DNA of 64,000 nt from an uncultured delta proteobacterium. GTDB taxonomy: Bacteria; Desulfobacterota; Binatia; UBA9968. Under the pieces are notes generated by a model. It saw only the letters and a list, made by a program, of their open reading frames with translations. It was not told the DNA's origin and did no database searches. This document shows, piece by piece, positions 20,119-30,413 of this stretch (within the stretch, counting starts at the first letter, position 1; each line of letters opens with the position of its first letter). A program made the translations under genes and the position numbers. The stretch is taken from positions 96,001 to 160,000 of the forward strand of contig CAVTUQ010000004.1 in assembly GCA_963737905.1 (NCBI GenBank). The letters run 5' to 3'.

Positions 20119-21789
20119 TTAGTCATGTTTGCCCAACGCCGACTTCTTAAACTCCGTCCTCATCTCCGATTGCAGTCGCCCCAAACGGTACTTTCGCCAA
20201 TCGATAAACCTGCCGACCTCCGCCAGCGCCGGATGGACTTCCTGGATCTTGCGCCACATCTCTTGGGCGATGAAACGATAATCCGGATGGCCTTGCGGCA
20301 TCGTGCGCAGCTCGCACAGGTGGACGGCTTCCCGCAGATTCATCTTCATATACCAGCGGATTTTGTAAGCAAACGGAACCACATACTGCGCTTCGCCAGG
20401 CAGGTCACAGTAAATTTCCTCGTAAAGTTTCGCCGACGCGTTCATGCATGCATCGAATTCGCGCTTGAAACCCGCTTCTTCGATTTCCCGCGGAGTGTCG
20501 TAGCCGTGCACTGTTGTGAAGGCTTGCCGCTCTTGGGTCAGGATCCGGTGGCGATGGAGGTCGCGATAGAGTCCGAGGTTGCCCAGAACGTCGAACGTAT
20601 AATACACGTTCTCAAAGGCCCGGCCCGGTTTATCGCGCCGATGCCGCCGCTGGCCGAAGTGTTCCTGCAAGATTTTTCGCCGTTCATTCGCATCCATGCG
20701 CAACGCCATCTCACGGAGCTGCTGGAGCGGCTGCCGCGCATGCGGATAAAGAAGACCGGCAATAACTTTTTCCTCCGCGTGCCGATCGTAGTCCACCAGC
20801 ACGACAGGCTCACTTAAATTTACCGAAACATCATTCAGTGTTTCACGGGCCAGGCTCCGCGCCGTTGCCAATATTCCGCTGAGGTAATCGTTCACCTGCG
20901 ACCGTTTCACGAATGACGGGATAAGTTGGTTCAGCTCACCGCGCAGCGCGCTACCGAGCTCCTTCGCTTCGGTCAGTTCATGCGAGTAAAACTTGCTGAT
21001 CAGATACTCGAACGCCTGGCCGACGCCGAACATGCCCACATTCGTCAGAGTCGCGGCAGGCAGATAACTGCGCAGCACGTCGCACGCATGGGCCCGCACG
21101 GTGGCGCGATAAGCGGTCTCAGCCCAACGGTGCAGGCGGTCGTTTTTCTTAGCGTCAGCGTACGGCAGTGCTTTGCCGGTGGTCGGGTCGCGTACCTCCA
21201 GCTGCTCGATGGGTAGCGCCTTGGCGATCGACGCTAACATCGGCTCCATCTGGCGCGAGTAAGTGTCAAAGAGCAGATTCATCACTTCGACGTAGGAGTC
21301 CCGGTGGCGCGAAGCCATGATCTTGGGCTCCTGGTAAAAAGGATAGTTGCCCGCCGCGTCCTTCTGATCGAAGCGGACGTAGCGCGTGGATTTTTCCAAA
21401 GGTGCGATGCCAATGCGCGCGTCTTCTAAAATTTTCGCTGCGACGTTGGAAATATTCTCGCAGGCGATATGCGCCCCGCCCAATTGTGCCACCGAATCAT
21501 CGCCATAGCCCACCAGCACACGGTCATAGAAGGCGCGGGCTTTTTTTAAGGCGGCGCTATCGTCGCCGGCCGAAGTCTGCCCTCCGAGTAGATCCTTCAG
21601 CCCCAGCTCGGGGTCGCCGAGAAATTCGTCGAAGAAGGTGCGCCGCAGACTCTTAGTCGAGCGGCTATAGCGGGAAAACAAAGCGCCGGCGACTTCCTGG
21701 GGTAATTTCAGGCCGAAAACGGATCGGTCGAGATTGGTAAAAAACGGGGCGAGCGCCATTTGCTCGTCGGCGGTGAACTCCTGACTCAT
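20119..21789 (-). CDS. thyX: Long tandem-domain FAD-dependent thymidylate synthase
   Basis: ALFSRYSRS, LEKSTRYV, RDLHRHR, MNLRE..H..ELR. Confidence 0.85.
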   Translation of the reverse strand: MSQEFTADEQMALAPFFTNLDRSVFGLKLPQEVAGALFSRYSRSTKSLRRTFFDEFLGDPELGLKDLLGGQTSAGDDSAALKKARAFYDRVLVGYGDDSVAQLGGAHIACENISNVAAKILEDARIGIAPLEKSTRYVRFDQKDAAGNYPFYQEPKIMASRHRDSYVEVMNLLFDTYSRQMEPMLASIAKALPIEQLEVRDPTTGKALPYADAKKNDRLHRWAETAYRATVRAHACDVLRSYLPAATLTNVGMFGVGQAFEYLISKFYSHELTEAKELGSALRGELNQLIPSFVKRSQVNDYLSGILATARSLARETLNDVSVNLSEPVVLVDYDRHAEEKVIAGLLYPHARQPLQQLREMALRMDANERRKILQEHFGQRRHRRDKPGRAFENVYYTFDVLGNLGLYRDLHRHRILTQERQAFTTVHGYDTPREIEEAGFKREFDACMNASAKLYEEIYCDLPGEAQYVVPFAYKIRWYMKMNLREAVHLCELRTMPQGHPDYRFIAQEMWRKIQEVHPALAEVGRFIDWRKYRLGRLQSEMRTEFKKSALGKHD

Positions 21790-21889
21790 TTTTGGATCAT
21801 CCTCGAAAAAACCGTGCCGCCATTCTAGTCAGTTCTGCGACAATAACAAGCCATCTCAGCGCGGCAGAGCCGCAACAAAACTCGGAATA

Positions 21890-22012
21890 TCTCGCGCAAA
21901 GGCGCACTTTATCAGGTCGACCGAAGGGAGAAATCTTCTCCAGATCCCTCGCATTCGCTCGGGATGACGGACTATGTCTCGTCACTTGGCGTTCTTGGCG
22001 TCTTGGCGCGAG
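21890..22012. repeat. Intergenic REP-like palindromic element
   Basis: CTCGCGCAAAGGCGC...GGCGTCTTGGCGCGAG imperfect inverted ends enclosing AGATCCCTCGCATTCGCTCGGGATGAC. Confidence 0.45.
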
Positions 22013-22109
22013 CAAATCCCTGTTTTGGGTACGCCACGGACCACTGGAAAGATTGCGCATGCTGCGGAAAGTCTAAACTAGAGACGAAGCTGCCAATGAC
22101 ATTCTTTTT

Positions 22110-23267
22110 TCAGCGAGTAGCTTCAGGTTGGCAGATCGTATGGACAAGGGAGTCGAGCAATCCCCGTTTCCTTCCGGAGAAGCGGATCAGCGGAGAGAGC
22201 AGGCCTGGACGATAGATTAGCCACCGAAGAAGACATTGATTCCCCAACGCGTCCGGAAAGCCGACCGGCACTCCCGCTGGTATGAGCATAACCGGTCCGC
22301 AGAAAAGTCGCCCTTTCGAAACGCCCGATCCATGGTGCTTGCTGCCAGTTTGCCGCTTTTCAGCGCGAAGTAGATTCCTTCGCCGGTGACTGGCTCGTTG
22401 ACACGGGCGGCATCGCCGACCAGCAAAACCCCATCGGCATAAGCGCGCCGGGGCGGAAAATAGACCGGATAAGTCGAGCGCATTTCGCTCACCGGACCCG
22501 CTTCGAAGCATCTCTTTCAGCCAGGGATTCTGCGGCAGAATGGATCGCAGCAGAGACTGCGCCGGTCTGCCATCGAGCAACCGACGCTTTTCAATGGCCA
22601 TGCCAAGAGTGACAGTATCGCCATCGAGGCCGACGACGCCGGCGTAACCACCGGGGAAAAGATGAATCTCAACCTTGCCGGTAGTTTGCCTCGCGCACTT
22701 TAGTCGAAACTGGAACCCCACCGACCGCCCTTGCATCGTCGCCGGATCAGCCAATCTCAAGTGGTGCGCTACCCAGGAGTTTCTGCCATCTGCGCCGATC
22801 AACATTCGCGCGCCGATATCCTCGAAAACATCGGACTTGTCAGGCTTCAGTATCCACCCACGGGGTTGGCGCGTGAGTTCTTTAGGCCTCCAACCATCGA
22901 GAACTGTGACCCCTAAGCGTCTTGCCTTTTCGAGCAGGACATAATCCAGATCGAAGCGACGCAAGCCCAGACCGAAAACCGTTTCATCATTACTTTTCCC
23001 CAAAGGAACTTCGGACTGCGCTCCGGAAAAAGAAGTAAAACGAAATGTTCTGATCTTTTCGTGAGGCCGCGCGAGAACCTCTCTCGCCACCCCTAGCTCA
23101 TCCAGCAGCGGCCAGTTCACGGGACTCAAAAAATCGCCGCAGAGTTTTTCCCTGGGAAACTGCTCTTTATCCAGAAGCGCCACCGAATAGCCGTTGCGTG
23201 TGAGGTGAATAGCCGTTGATGATCCGGCCGGGCCGGCGCCAACGATGGCCACGTCGAGGTGCTTCAT
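22110..23267 (-). CDS. FAD-dependent oxidoreductase (geranylgeranyl-reductase-like), two frameshifts
   Basis: DVAIVGAGPAG, FPREKLCGDF, IGADG; LLVGDAARVNEPVTGEG lies in the alternate frame 22217-22492. Confidence 0.8.
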   Translation of the reverse strand: MKHLDVAIVGAGPAGSSTAIHLTRNGYSVALLDKEQFPREKLCGDFLSPVNWPLLDELGVAREVLARPHEKIRTFRFTSFSGAQSEVPLGKSNDETVFGLGLRRFDLDYVLLEKARRLGVTVLDGWRPKELTRQPRGWILKPDKSDVFEDIGARMLIGADGRNSWVAHHLRLADPATMQGRSVGFQFRLKCARQTTGKVEIHLFPGGYAGVVGLDGDTVTLGMAIEKRRLLDGRPAQSLLRSILPQNPWLKEMLRSGSGERNALDLSGLFSAPARLCRWGFAGRRCRPCQRASHRRRNLLRAEKRQTGSKHHGSGVSKGRLFCGPVMLIPAGVPVGFPDALGNQCLLRWLIYRPGLLSPLIRFSGRKRGLLDSLVHTICQPEATR

Positions 23268-23269
23268 GA

Positions 23270-23968
23270 TCAGCTTGAGACGGAAATAACTGTCATCTGG
23301 CGGTAGGGGAAGATAGGAACGAGTCGAAACGGACCGACGGCAGCCTCCCGGAAAAGCTTGCGCCATTCGTTCAACGTGAAAGCCCGCCTAACTGAAAGCG
23401 GACCATCGAAGCGAGTCATCTCATTTCGGGTAAAAAGTTGTGTGATCACGCGAATACCCCAGTAAGCCAGGGGATCGCGCACCAGATCGCTCACAAGGAT
23501 CGCCTTCCGCGCCAGTCGGGACCAGGCTTTGAGCAATGCGATGCTCTTGTCTTCGGAAAAATGATGCAGCATTTGAGACGATAGCACAAAATCAAAGGAA
23601 GCCGCCTTGAACGGCGGCGCTATTCCGTCTCCCCTGATGACCGTGATCTCCGGCCACTGTTGAGTCTGATGCACGGCTTCTTGGGCGGTCACCGGTTCAG
23701 GCTCGAGAGCGACTACCCTCGCTTCGATGCCTCGGTCTCGAGCCCACTGGACGATCACCTTGGGAATATCGCCGCTCCCTGTGCCGACATCGAGAAGAGA
23801 AAACCGACTCATCCTATCTTTACCGACCAGTCGCTTTAAGCCCTTCATGATGCCCCGATAGCCACCGAGATAGCGATTGATAATACGTAAATTGCGCAGA
23901 TCCTGGACCAGGAGCTCTCTGGGATTTCCCGGTAAATCCATCATCTCCTTTTTCGTGCTTCGTTTCAT
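23270..23968 (-). CDS. SAM-dependent methyltransferase
   Basis: EMMD, LRIINRYLGG, LLDVGTGSGD, DGPLSVRRAF; ATGA overlap with the KAS gene. Confidence 0.85.
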   Translation of the reverse strand: MKRSTKKEMMDLPGNPRELLVQDLRNLRIINRYLGGYRGIMKGLKRLVGKDRMSRFSLLDVGTGSGDIPKVIVQWARDRGIEARVVALEPEPVTAQEAVHQTQQWPEITVIRGDGIAPPFKAASFDFVLSSQMLHHFSEDKSIALLKAWSRLARKAILVSDLVRDPLAYWGIRVITQLFTRNEMTRFDGPLSVRRAFTLNEWRKLFREAAVGPFRLVPIFPYRQMTVISVSS

Positions 23969-25245
23969 TTCAAATTTCCTCGCCCGACGACCAGGGCGGA
24001 ATTTTTCGATCCGAAGCCGATGCAATTACAAAGCGCGTAGTCGACGGCTTTGGCGATGCCGCGATTGGGGATGTAATTGAGATCACACTCAGGGTCCGGC
24101 TCTTCGTAGTTGATTGTCGGAGGGAGAAAACCGTCGTTCATCCCGAGGATCGCGCTGACGACTCCCGCTGCACCGGAGGCACCTTGCGGATGGCCGATCA
24201 TCGATTTGAGCGAGCTCATGGGAATTTGGTACGCGTCTTTGCCAAAGCACAGCTTGACGGCCAGGCTCTCGGTTTTGTCGTTCAGGACCGTTGAGGTGCC
24301 GTGCAGCGCCAGGTAACCGATTTCATCCTTGCAGATCCCCGCATCCTGGACCGCTATCGTCATCGCGCGAGCCGGCTCCTCTCCGCAGGGGTCCAAACGG
24401 ACGCGATGATAAGCATCGCAAGTCGATCCGTAGCCCAGCACCTCGGCGAAAACCGCCGCGCCGCGGGCGAGCGCAAGCTCTCGCTCCTCCAACACCAAGC
24501 TCCATGCACCCTCGCCCAGCACAAATCCGTCCCGCATGCGATCAAAGGGACGCGACCCGCCGTGAGGGTTCTCGTTATGGGAGGTGGAGACCGCCTGCAT
24601 TATACAGAAGCCTTGCATGATCCCGGGAGTGATCGTTGCGTCGACACCGCCGGTGATCAGACGGTCGGCAAGACCGAAACGGATCATATTGAAAGCATAG
24701 CCGATGGCGTCGGTGGAGCTGGTGCATCCCGTCGAGATCATGTGGCTCGATCCGCGGAAATCAAAATAAAGCGACACTTCGCTCGAAATCGTGCCCAGAG
24801 TCGAGCTGGACACATTATAGGCGCTCACTTTACGCAATTGATCAGTGAAGTAGAGACGATATTGCTCTTCGATAAAGTCCGGCGTGCCGCCGCCGCTCCC
24901 GAGCACAACGCCCCAGGAGCGCTTTTCTTCCAAGCTCGTTTCGTGCAAACAGACCTGGGCCACGCCGAGCGCTTCCTTCGTTGCCGCGATGGCGAGAGGA
25001 ACCGCGCGTCCCACGCGCTTCAGCTCCCTCGGCGCGAGATAGTCTTCCGGTTTGAAGTGTTTCACCTCACCGGCAATGCGGCACGAAAGGGATTCAGGAT
25101 CGAAAAAAGTGATGGTATCGATGCCGCTCCGTCCACTACGAGTGGCATCCCAAAATTCTCCGATGCCGACGCCGTTGGGACTCATCGCGCCTAGCCCAGT
25201 GACGACGACCCGGTGTCGCTTTGGATGGCCATTATTGCCGTTCAT
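23965..25245 (-). CDS. Beta-ketoacyl synthase (FabF/KS-alpha-like)
   Basis: RVVVTGLG, STGCTSS, DGFVLGEG, HGTST, KSMIGH, FGSKN. Confidence 0.9.
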   Translation of the reverse strand: MNGNNGHPKRHRVVVTGLGAMSPNGVGIGEFWDATRSGRSGIDTITFFDPESLSCRIAGEVKHFKPEDYLAPRELKRVGRAVPLAIAATKEALGVAQVCLHETSLEEKRSWGVVLGSGGGTPDFIEEQYRLYFTDQLRKVSAYNVSSSTLGTISSEVSLYFDFRGSSHMISTGCTSSTDAIGYAFNMIRFGLADRLITGGVDATITPGIMQGFCIMQAVSTSHNENPHGGSRPFDRMRDGFVLGEGAWSLVLEERELALARGAAVFAEVLGYGSTCDAYHRVRLDPCGEEPARAMTIAVQDAGICKDEIGYLALHGTSTVLNDKTESLAVKLCFGKDAYQIPMSSLKSMIGHPQGASGAAGVVSAILGMNDGFLPPTINYEEPDPECDLNYIPNRGIAKAVDYALCNCIGFGSKNSALVVGRGNLK

Positions 25246-25362
25246 CTTGACTCTTCACACGGCGAAATGCTTCACTTCGAGCATAGCACCCGGGGAACGG
25301 TCCGTTAAGGCGGTGCCGGAAGAATCCAGAGTTTTTCCATCAGAGAGAAAAGTCGCCTATAG

Positions 25363-26160
25363 ATGACATTTCAAAACCAAGTTGTCCTGATCACCGGTGC
25401 ATCCAAGGGCATCGGCCGGTGCCTCGCCATTGACATAGCGTCGCGGGGAGCCATCGTCGTCGGCTGTGGCCGTTCGCCGGAAGGATTGCAGGCGCTGTCG
25501 ACCGAATTGCGTCGCACCAGCCCTTTATCCACCGCCGTTAAGTGCGACGTAGCTCAACTCGATCAGGTTCGCGCGATGGTTGCCAAAGTTCTCTCCGAGT
25601 TCGGCAAGATCGACATTCTGATCAACAACGCCGGCATCGGCATGCGCAAGCCTTTCGCCGAAACGCCCATCGATATCATCGAAGACGTGATGAGAGTCAA
25701 TTACCTCGGCACGGTCTACTGCACCCACGAAGTCCTGCCGTCGATGATCGCACGACGGAGCGGGCACATCGTGAATATCTCCTCCGCCGCAGGAAAGATC
25801 GGCACACTGAACCTAGCCGGTTACTGCGCCTCCAAGTTTGCCGCGAACGGGCTCAGCGAAAGCCTCTACCACGAGCTCACACCCCTTGGAATTAACGTAT
25901 CCGTTATCTGCCCGGGTGCGGTGCGAACCGACTTCAATAAAGGGTTCGCGGACACGCCGCCTAAATCACCTTCCGCATTAGTCGTCAGTCCGGAATTTGT
26001 TTCAGCGGCGGTGATCAAGGCCATCGAGAAAAAGCGCTTCGAGGTCGTGCTGCCGCGTTGGTTGGCGTTGATCTGTTGGTTTAAAGGCATGGCTCCAAAC
26101 CTTTTTCGCACGGTTGCGCGCCGTTCTTTCCGGCATGTTGTGGAAAACAAAAAGACGTGA
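25363..26160 (+). CDS. Short-chain dehydrogenase/reductase
   Basis: TGASKGIG, NNAG, YCASK. Confidence 0.9.
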   Translation: MTFQNQVVLITGASKGIGRCLAIDIASRGAIVVGCGRSPEGLQALSTELRRTSPLSTAVKCDVAQLDQVRAMVAKVLSEFGKIDILINNAGIGMRKPFAETPIDIIEDVMRVNYLGTVYCTHEVLPSMIARRSGHIVNISSAAGKIGTLNLAGYCASKFAANGLSESLYHELTPLGINVSVICPGAVRTDFNKGFADTPPKSPSALVVSPEFVSAAVIKAIEKKRFEVVLPRWLALICWFKGMAPNLFRTVARRSFRHVVENKKT

Positions 26161-26223
26161 CATATAAAATAAACGAGCACGCAGCAAAGCCGCAGGGTAT
26201 CAAAAAAACAATTTAGGGGATAC

Positions 26224-26814
26224 ATGTTACTCAAAACAATTTTCGTTCTGTTGTGGTTCCTATCATTCAGCCATTTCCCAGCGTTCGCCCAATTAGGTCC
26301 TAAGGATGGGACCGATCTGAGTCCAACGGATCTCCAGCGAGTCAAAGTAGGACAGCCCGCGCCTGACTTCACGCTGCAAGATGTCGACGGCAAAAACATG
26401 TCGCTGTCGGATTTCCGCGGGAAGAAGTCAGTTGTCCTGGTCTTCTATCGCGGCTACTGGTGACCCTTCTGCATCGAACAGCTCGGGAAGCTGAAAAGTT
26501 TATTGACGAAACCGCAGAAAGAGAAGATCCAGATTCTTGCCGTCAGTGTCGACAGCCATGAAGACTCTAAAAAATTCGCCCAGATGCTCCAGAAGCGCTT
26601 CGAAGGTGAGTTCGACTTTCCACTTCTGGAAGACAAAGACCACAAAGTGATCAACCGCTACGGGATATTCAACCCGGATGGTTCTGGCTGGCCCCATCCG
26701 ACTACTTTGGTGATTGATCCGCAGGGCGTGGTGCGTTGGAAATTCGTAGAAGTGGATTACAAGAAGAGACCTTCCAACGAACAGATACGACAGCAGTTAG
26801 CCAAGATTAAATAG
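26224..26814 (+). CDS. Predicted exported selenoprotein, AhpC/TSA family, UxxC, Sec80 (TGA 26461-26463), 196 aa
   Basis: In-frame read [21 protein letters not shown] joins ORFs 26224-26463 and 26503-26814; signal peptide. Confidence 0.9.
26479..26493 (+). promoter_or_regulatory. SECIS-like hairpin
   Basis: CAGCT-CGGGA-AGCTG 15 nt after the TGA. Confidence 0.55.
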
Positions 26815-27934
26815 CCGAGTTGCCGATCCATGGGATGCGGGTAGAGGCCCTTTCTGTTCGGAACACCAGGCAAGATCGAGAAAACGTTCGAGCTCTCGGT
26901 CGTCGATCACCGGAGCTTCCACACGATGGCGAGCGAGCAATCTGCGCGCGGCCGAGTCATCGAACTGAACGTCTTGTTTTAGATAATCTCGATAAGGCGA
27001 CAGCATCCGCGCCACTCTCATTTCGAGGGGCGATCGGATGGCCAGCCGTTCGGTAGCATTCACAAGAGACAGATTGTGTAAGTCGAGACGCGCGCTCATC
27101 ATCTCCAGCATGCGCTTTTGCGTGGGTGGATCTTTAGCAACAAGATGAATCGTTTTGCCTGCCGCTTCGGGATCGTCACTCAGTCGTTCAATGGCCGCCG
27201 CGACGTATTCCACTGGAACAATATTAAATCGAGCCTGGGGTCGGCCCTGAATACGAAGAGGAGTATTTCCGGCGCCGGCTTTGCACGACAAGGCGATCAG
27301 GAGCCGGAGAAACGCCAAAAACAGGTTGGACGGCACTCCGCCAGGCGTTGAGGGCGCGCCCCCGACAACGATGCTAGGTCTGAAAATTACTAGATCGACT
27401 CCAAGCTGGCGGCAGGTTTGTTTGAGCCGGATCTCTAGCTCCAGCTTGAGCCGTTCATAACCATTGTGAAATTCCTGCCCCACATCCGTTTGGTTTTCAT
27501 AGATCATGCCTTCGCGGCCGCCGCAAACAAACGCCGTTGAGATATGGACCCAACGAGCGTAAACCCCCGGAACGGAGGATTTTAAGGAGAGCAAGTGGCC
27601 CGTCGATCTGAGCAAATCGCGCTGATTCTTGCTCGCTGGCTGAGAAAGTCGTCTCTCCGGCGCAGTGGATCACCGCATCGATGGTTGACCCGTGGCGCTT
27701 AAGATTGCCCTGTATCACAGCAGGATTTGCGAGATCTCCGTCCACCACCTCGAGCGATCGCCGAGAAACTTCACCAAAGATTTCCGCCACCCGCTGCTCT
27801 CCCGTTAGTCCAGCCCGGTGCCGGGCCAAGATCACCACGCGCCGGCCGGCCAGCAAAAGGCGACTAACCACATGCCTGCCGATGAAGCCCGTAGCGCCGG
27901 TTACGAGGACCGCCGGATCTGATTTTCTGAGCAT
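26797..27934 (-). CDS. Extended SDR/thioester-reductase-like protein, frameshift near 27575
   Basis: VLVTGATGFIG, IHCAG, HISTAFV, YERLK, RPSIVVG. Confidence 0.8.
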
Positions 27935-28651
27935 GAGAGATTCCTACGATTGAGGCTCCGTCCTCCCCACCTATCCCAGTGCCCCGCGTACCGCTGCGTG
28001 TCGAGTCTAAGCGAATGGAGAAAAAGAACCCATAGAATGAACGACAAAGCACGCCACGGACCCCACGTGAGGAAACGGCGTCCTGACGTAATCAGCGGGA
28101 GAGGAATGACTTTCGTCCGACCCCGTCTTTTCAATCGCTGGCTAAAATCTAAGTCTTCCATGAACACGTCGCGATAGCCGCCAATTTCGCGAAAGATCGC
28201 GGCCCGCACGAAGATGCCCTGATCCCCGTAATAGTTGCGCGTCAGAAAGTAGCGCCGCCGGTTGATCCAGCTGATAAACCTTAGACTCCATACCGCTTTC
28301 TGCAAAGCGGTGCTCGAAAGCTCCTCCTAAAATAGCGTTGTCTTGCAAAACGCGCTGGATCTCCGTCAAGGCGTCCAGCGGCGGAAACGAGTCCGCGTGC
28401 AGAAAGAAAAAGATATCCCCGACGGCTGCGGCGGCGCCGGCATTCATCAGAGCCGCGCGGGTGGAACGGCCAGGCCATAAAATACGCGCGCGCCCGGCCA
28501 CGGCATCTTCGGTCGCTTTTATGCCACCCGAAGCGGCCACGATAATTTCTGCCGTTTCGATACCACCCAAGCGCTCCAAGTGATCGAGTGTGAAACGAAG
28601 CGCTTGAGCGTCATTTCGAGCAGGTATGATGATCGAGATAGACGGATCCAT
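27901..28651 (-). CDS. GT2 glycosyltransferase, TIGR04283-like, frameshifted
   Basis: ISIIIPA, RA..MN.GA, FLHAD, YGDQGIFVR, MED, TSGRRF; paralog of 49300-49977. Confidence 0.8.
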
Positions 28652-28907
28652 AGCCGGTCAGTCGCATTCCGCCGCGTCAACGAAACCCTCTGACTGTTTC
28701 TCTAACCAGCACATGCTTCGGGAGCTTCACCGAGCTTAGCAAATTTTACATCAAGCTTACTCAGCCGATCAACTCGCTTCAACGAGGATCAGGCGAACTG
28801 GACATCGCCGTCCAGGATGGACACCTCCCTTCGCCCCGCGCAAGGCGATCAGTTCGACTTCAACGCGACAAACTCTACAAGTAGTTCTCAATTTTAGCAT
28901 CCACTCG

Positions 28908-29507
28908 CTACAGCAGTTTTTTTCCAACCATCAGTGCGTCGACGTAGTCTTTCCGCAAGCTCGCGTAGTCCTCCGTCAATTGGACACCCAGCGCATCCGC
29001 CATTCGCGTGATAAAGTTTCTGTAACTGGTGACCGCGGCGATATCGAGAATCTCGGACTCACTCCAACCTGCCTCCTTTAGGGTCCGCACATCGGGCGCG
29101 TCCACTTCGCTCGGGCGAAGGGTAATTTTCTCAGCGTACTCGAGCATGGCCTTATCCTTGTCATCCAGCTTCGACTGGCGAAAATCGCGCGCGACCGCCA
29201 TCACGAGATCGTAATCTCCATTGACTTCTTTACGGAGAAACTCTCCGTGGGCAACGGTTCAATAACTGCACTTGAGCAGCGCACCGACGAGAACGGAGAT
29301 CATTTCTTCACGTTTGACTCCCAGGCTGGAACCGCCAAATTGAATCGCCCTGGAAAATACGTGCTGGGCTTCGAGAAGGTCAGGCCGGAGGCTAAAAATC
29401 TTCGCGATGTTTGAGACTTTGCCGGAGTGGTGATTCATTCTTTTCTGATAAATCTCTTTGATCTTGCCTGTCGCCTCCGACTCCTTGATGGTTTTAATAA
29501 AAGGCAC
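28908..29507 (-). CDS. Predicted selenoprotein, AhpD/CMD-like, CxxU, Sec83 (TGA 29261-29259), 199 aa
   Basis: EMISVLVGALLKCSY-U-TVAHGEFLR continues in frame into ORF 28908-29204. Confidence 0.92.
29232..29248 (-). promoter_or_regulatory. SECIS-like hairpin
   Basis: ACGGAGA-GTT-TCTCCGT starting 10 nt after the TGA. Confidence 0.8.
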
Positions 29508-29533
29508 CTTTCAAGTTCTCCTTTCAGGGATCG

Positions 29534-29625
29534 TTATCGACATAGGCCGCTTTGCTCGAGCTCGCGGATCAACGTGTCATCGATAAATTGCCCCGGTTTT
29601 ACATCCTTGGCGAAGCTGTCGGCAA
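29534..29625 (-). pseudogene. 3' remnant of a NitT/TauT-type substrate-binding protein gene
   Basis: Reads AKDVKPGQFIDDTLIRELEQSG, matching the SBP C-termini elsewhere in the window. Confidence 0.65.
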
Positions 29626-29638
29626 GACATGTGCGGCA

Positions 29639-30193
29639 TCACCCACGAAGAAAATCGTGACCGGAGATTCCCATCGCGTCGGCCATGCGATCGTTGAAAT
29701 TGTAAAGGCAGATTACGTAGACGATATCTAAAATATCTCGATCGGCGAAGCCGTGAGAGCGCAGTCTGTTGATATCGTCTTCGCTCGCCGTCGACGGCGC
29801 GATCGTCAGCTTGACCGCGTAATCCAACATCGCACGCTCCGCGGCCGGCAAATCTAACCGCGTGTAATCCTGCTTGATGCCTTCGACCAAAGGATCGTCG
29901 TTCGATTCGGTACGGAGAGCCTCCCCGTGCGCGGTCATTCAATAACTGCAATGGTTGGTCGCCGATACGACGGTCGCGATCATCTCGCGCTGGCGCCGCG
30001 TGATGCGCGATTCGCCGCGCATGATCCCGACGTCGATCTCGCGCCAAGCGGCCAGAACGTCGGGATTCAGGCTTTGTACTTGCCGGATCATCGAAACTTT
30101 TCCTCGCGCCGCCGACGGGCCGGCGCCAGACTCGTAAATTTCTTTCAGCTTGCCGGTGGCCTCAGACGGAGGGATCGTGCGGATGTAAGGCAT
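29639..30193 (-). CDS. Predicted selenoprotein, AhpD/CMD-like, CxxU, Sec85 (TGA 29941-29939), 184 aa
   Basis: REMIATVVSATNHCSY-U-MTAHGEALR; ORFs 29939-30193 and 29639-29938 are contiguous in frame. Confidence 0.93.
29912..29928 (-). promoter_or_regulatory. SECIS-like hairpin
   Basis: ACGGGGA-GGC-TCTCCGT (one G-U pair) 10 nt after the TGA. Confidence 0.75.
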
Positions 30194-30196
30194 GAT

Positions 30197-30409
30197 TCAC
30201 TCCTCTGCTCCAGATTGAGATCCGCGAGCATTGTTCACGGACAACACATGGCGCACCGCTTCAATAATTTCATAGCGACAGTCGCTTTTTTCCGGAACAC
30301 GGCGCAGCTGGACAACAATATTTTCCGCCTCTGCGCGCGAGTAGAACAATCCCACCGTGCTGACCTCGCCGTTGAGACGAATTTCGTTGACGTAGAGCTT
30401 TTCCATCAT
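30197..30409 (-). CDS. Small hypothetical protein within the operon
   Basis: 70 aa, GAGG RBS, fills the gap with 3-4 nt spacers. Confidence 0.7.
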   Translation of the reverse strand: MMEKLYVNEIRLNGEVSTVGLFYSRAEAENIVVQLRRVPEKSDCRYEIIEAVRHVLSVNNARGSQSGAEE

Positions 30410-30413
30410 TGCC

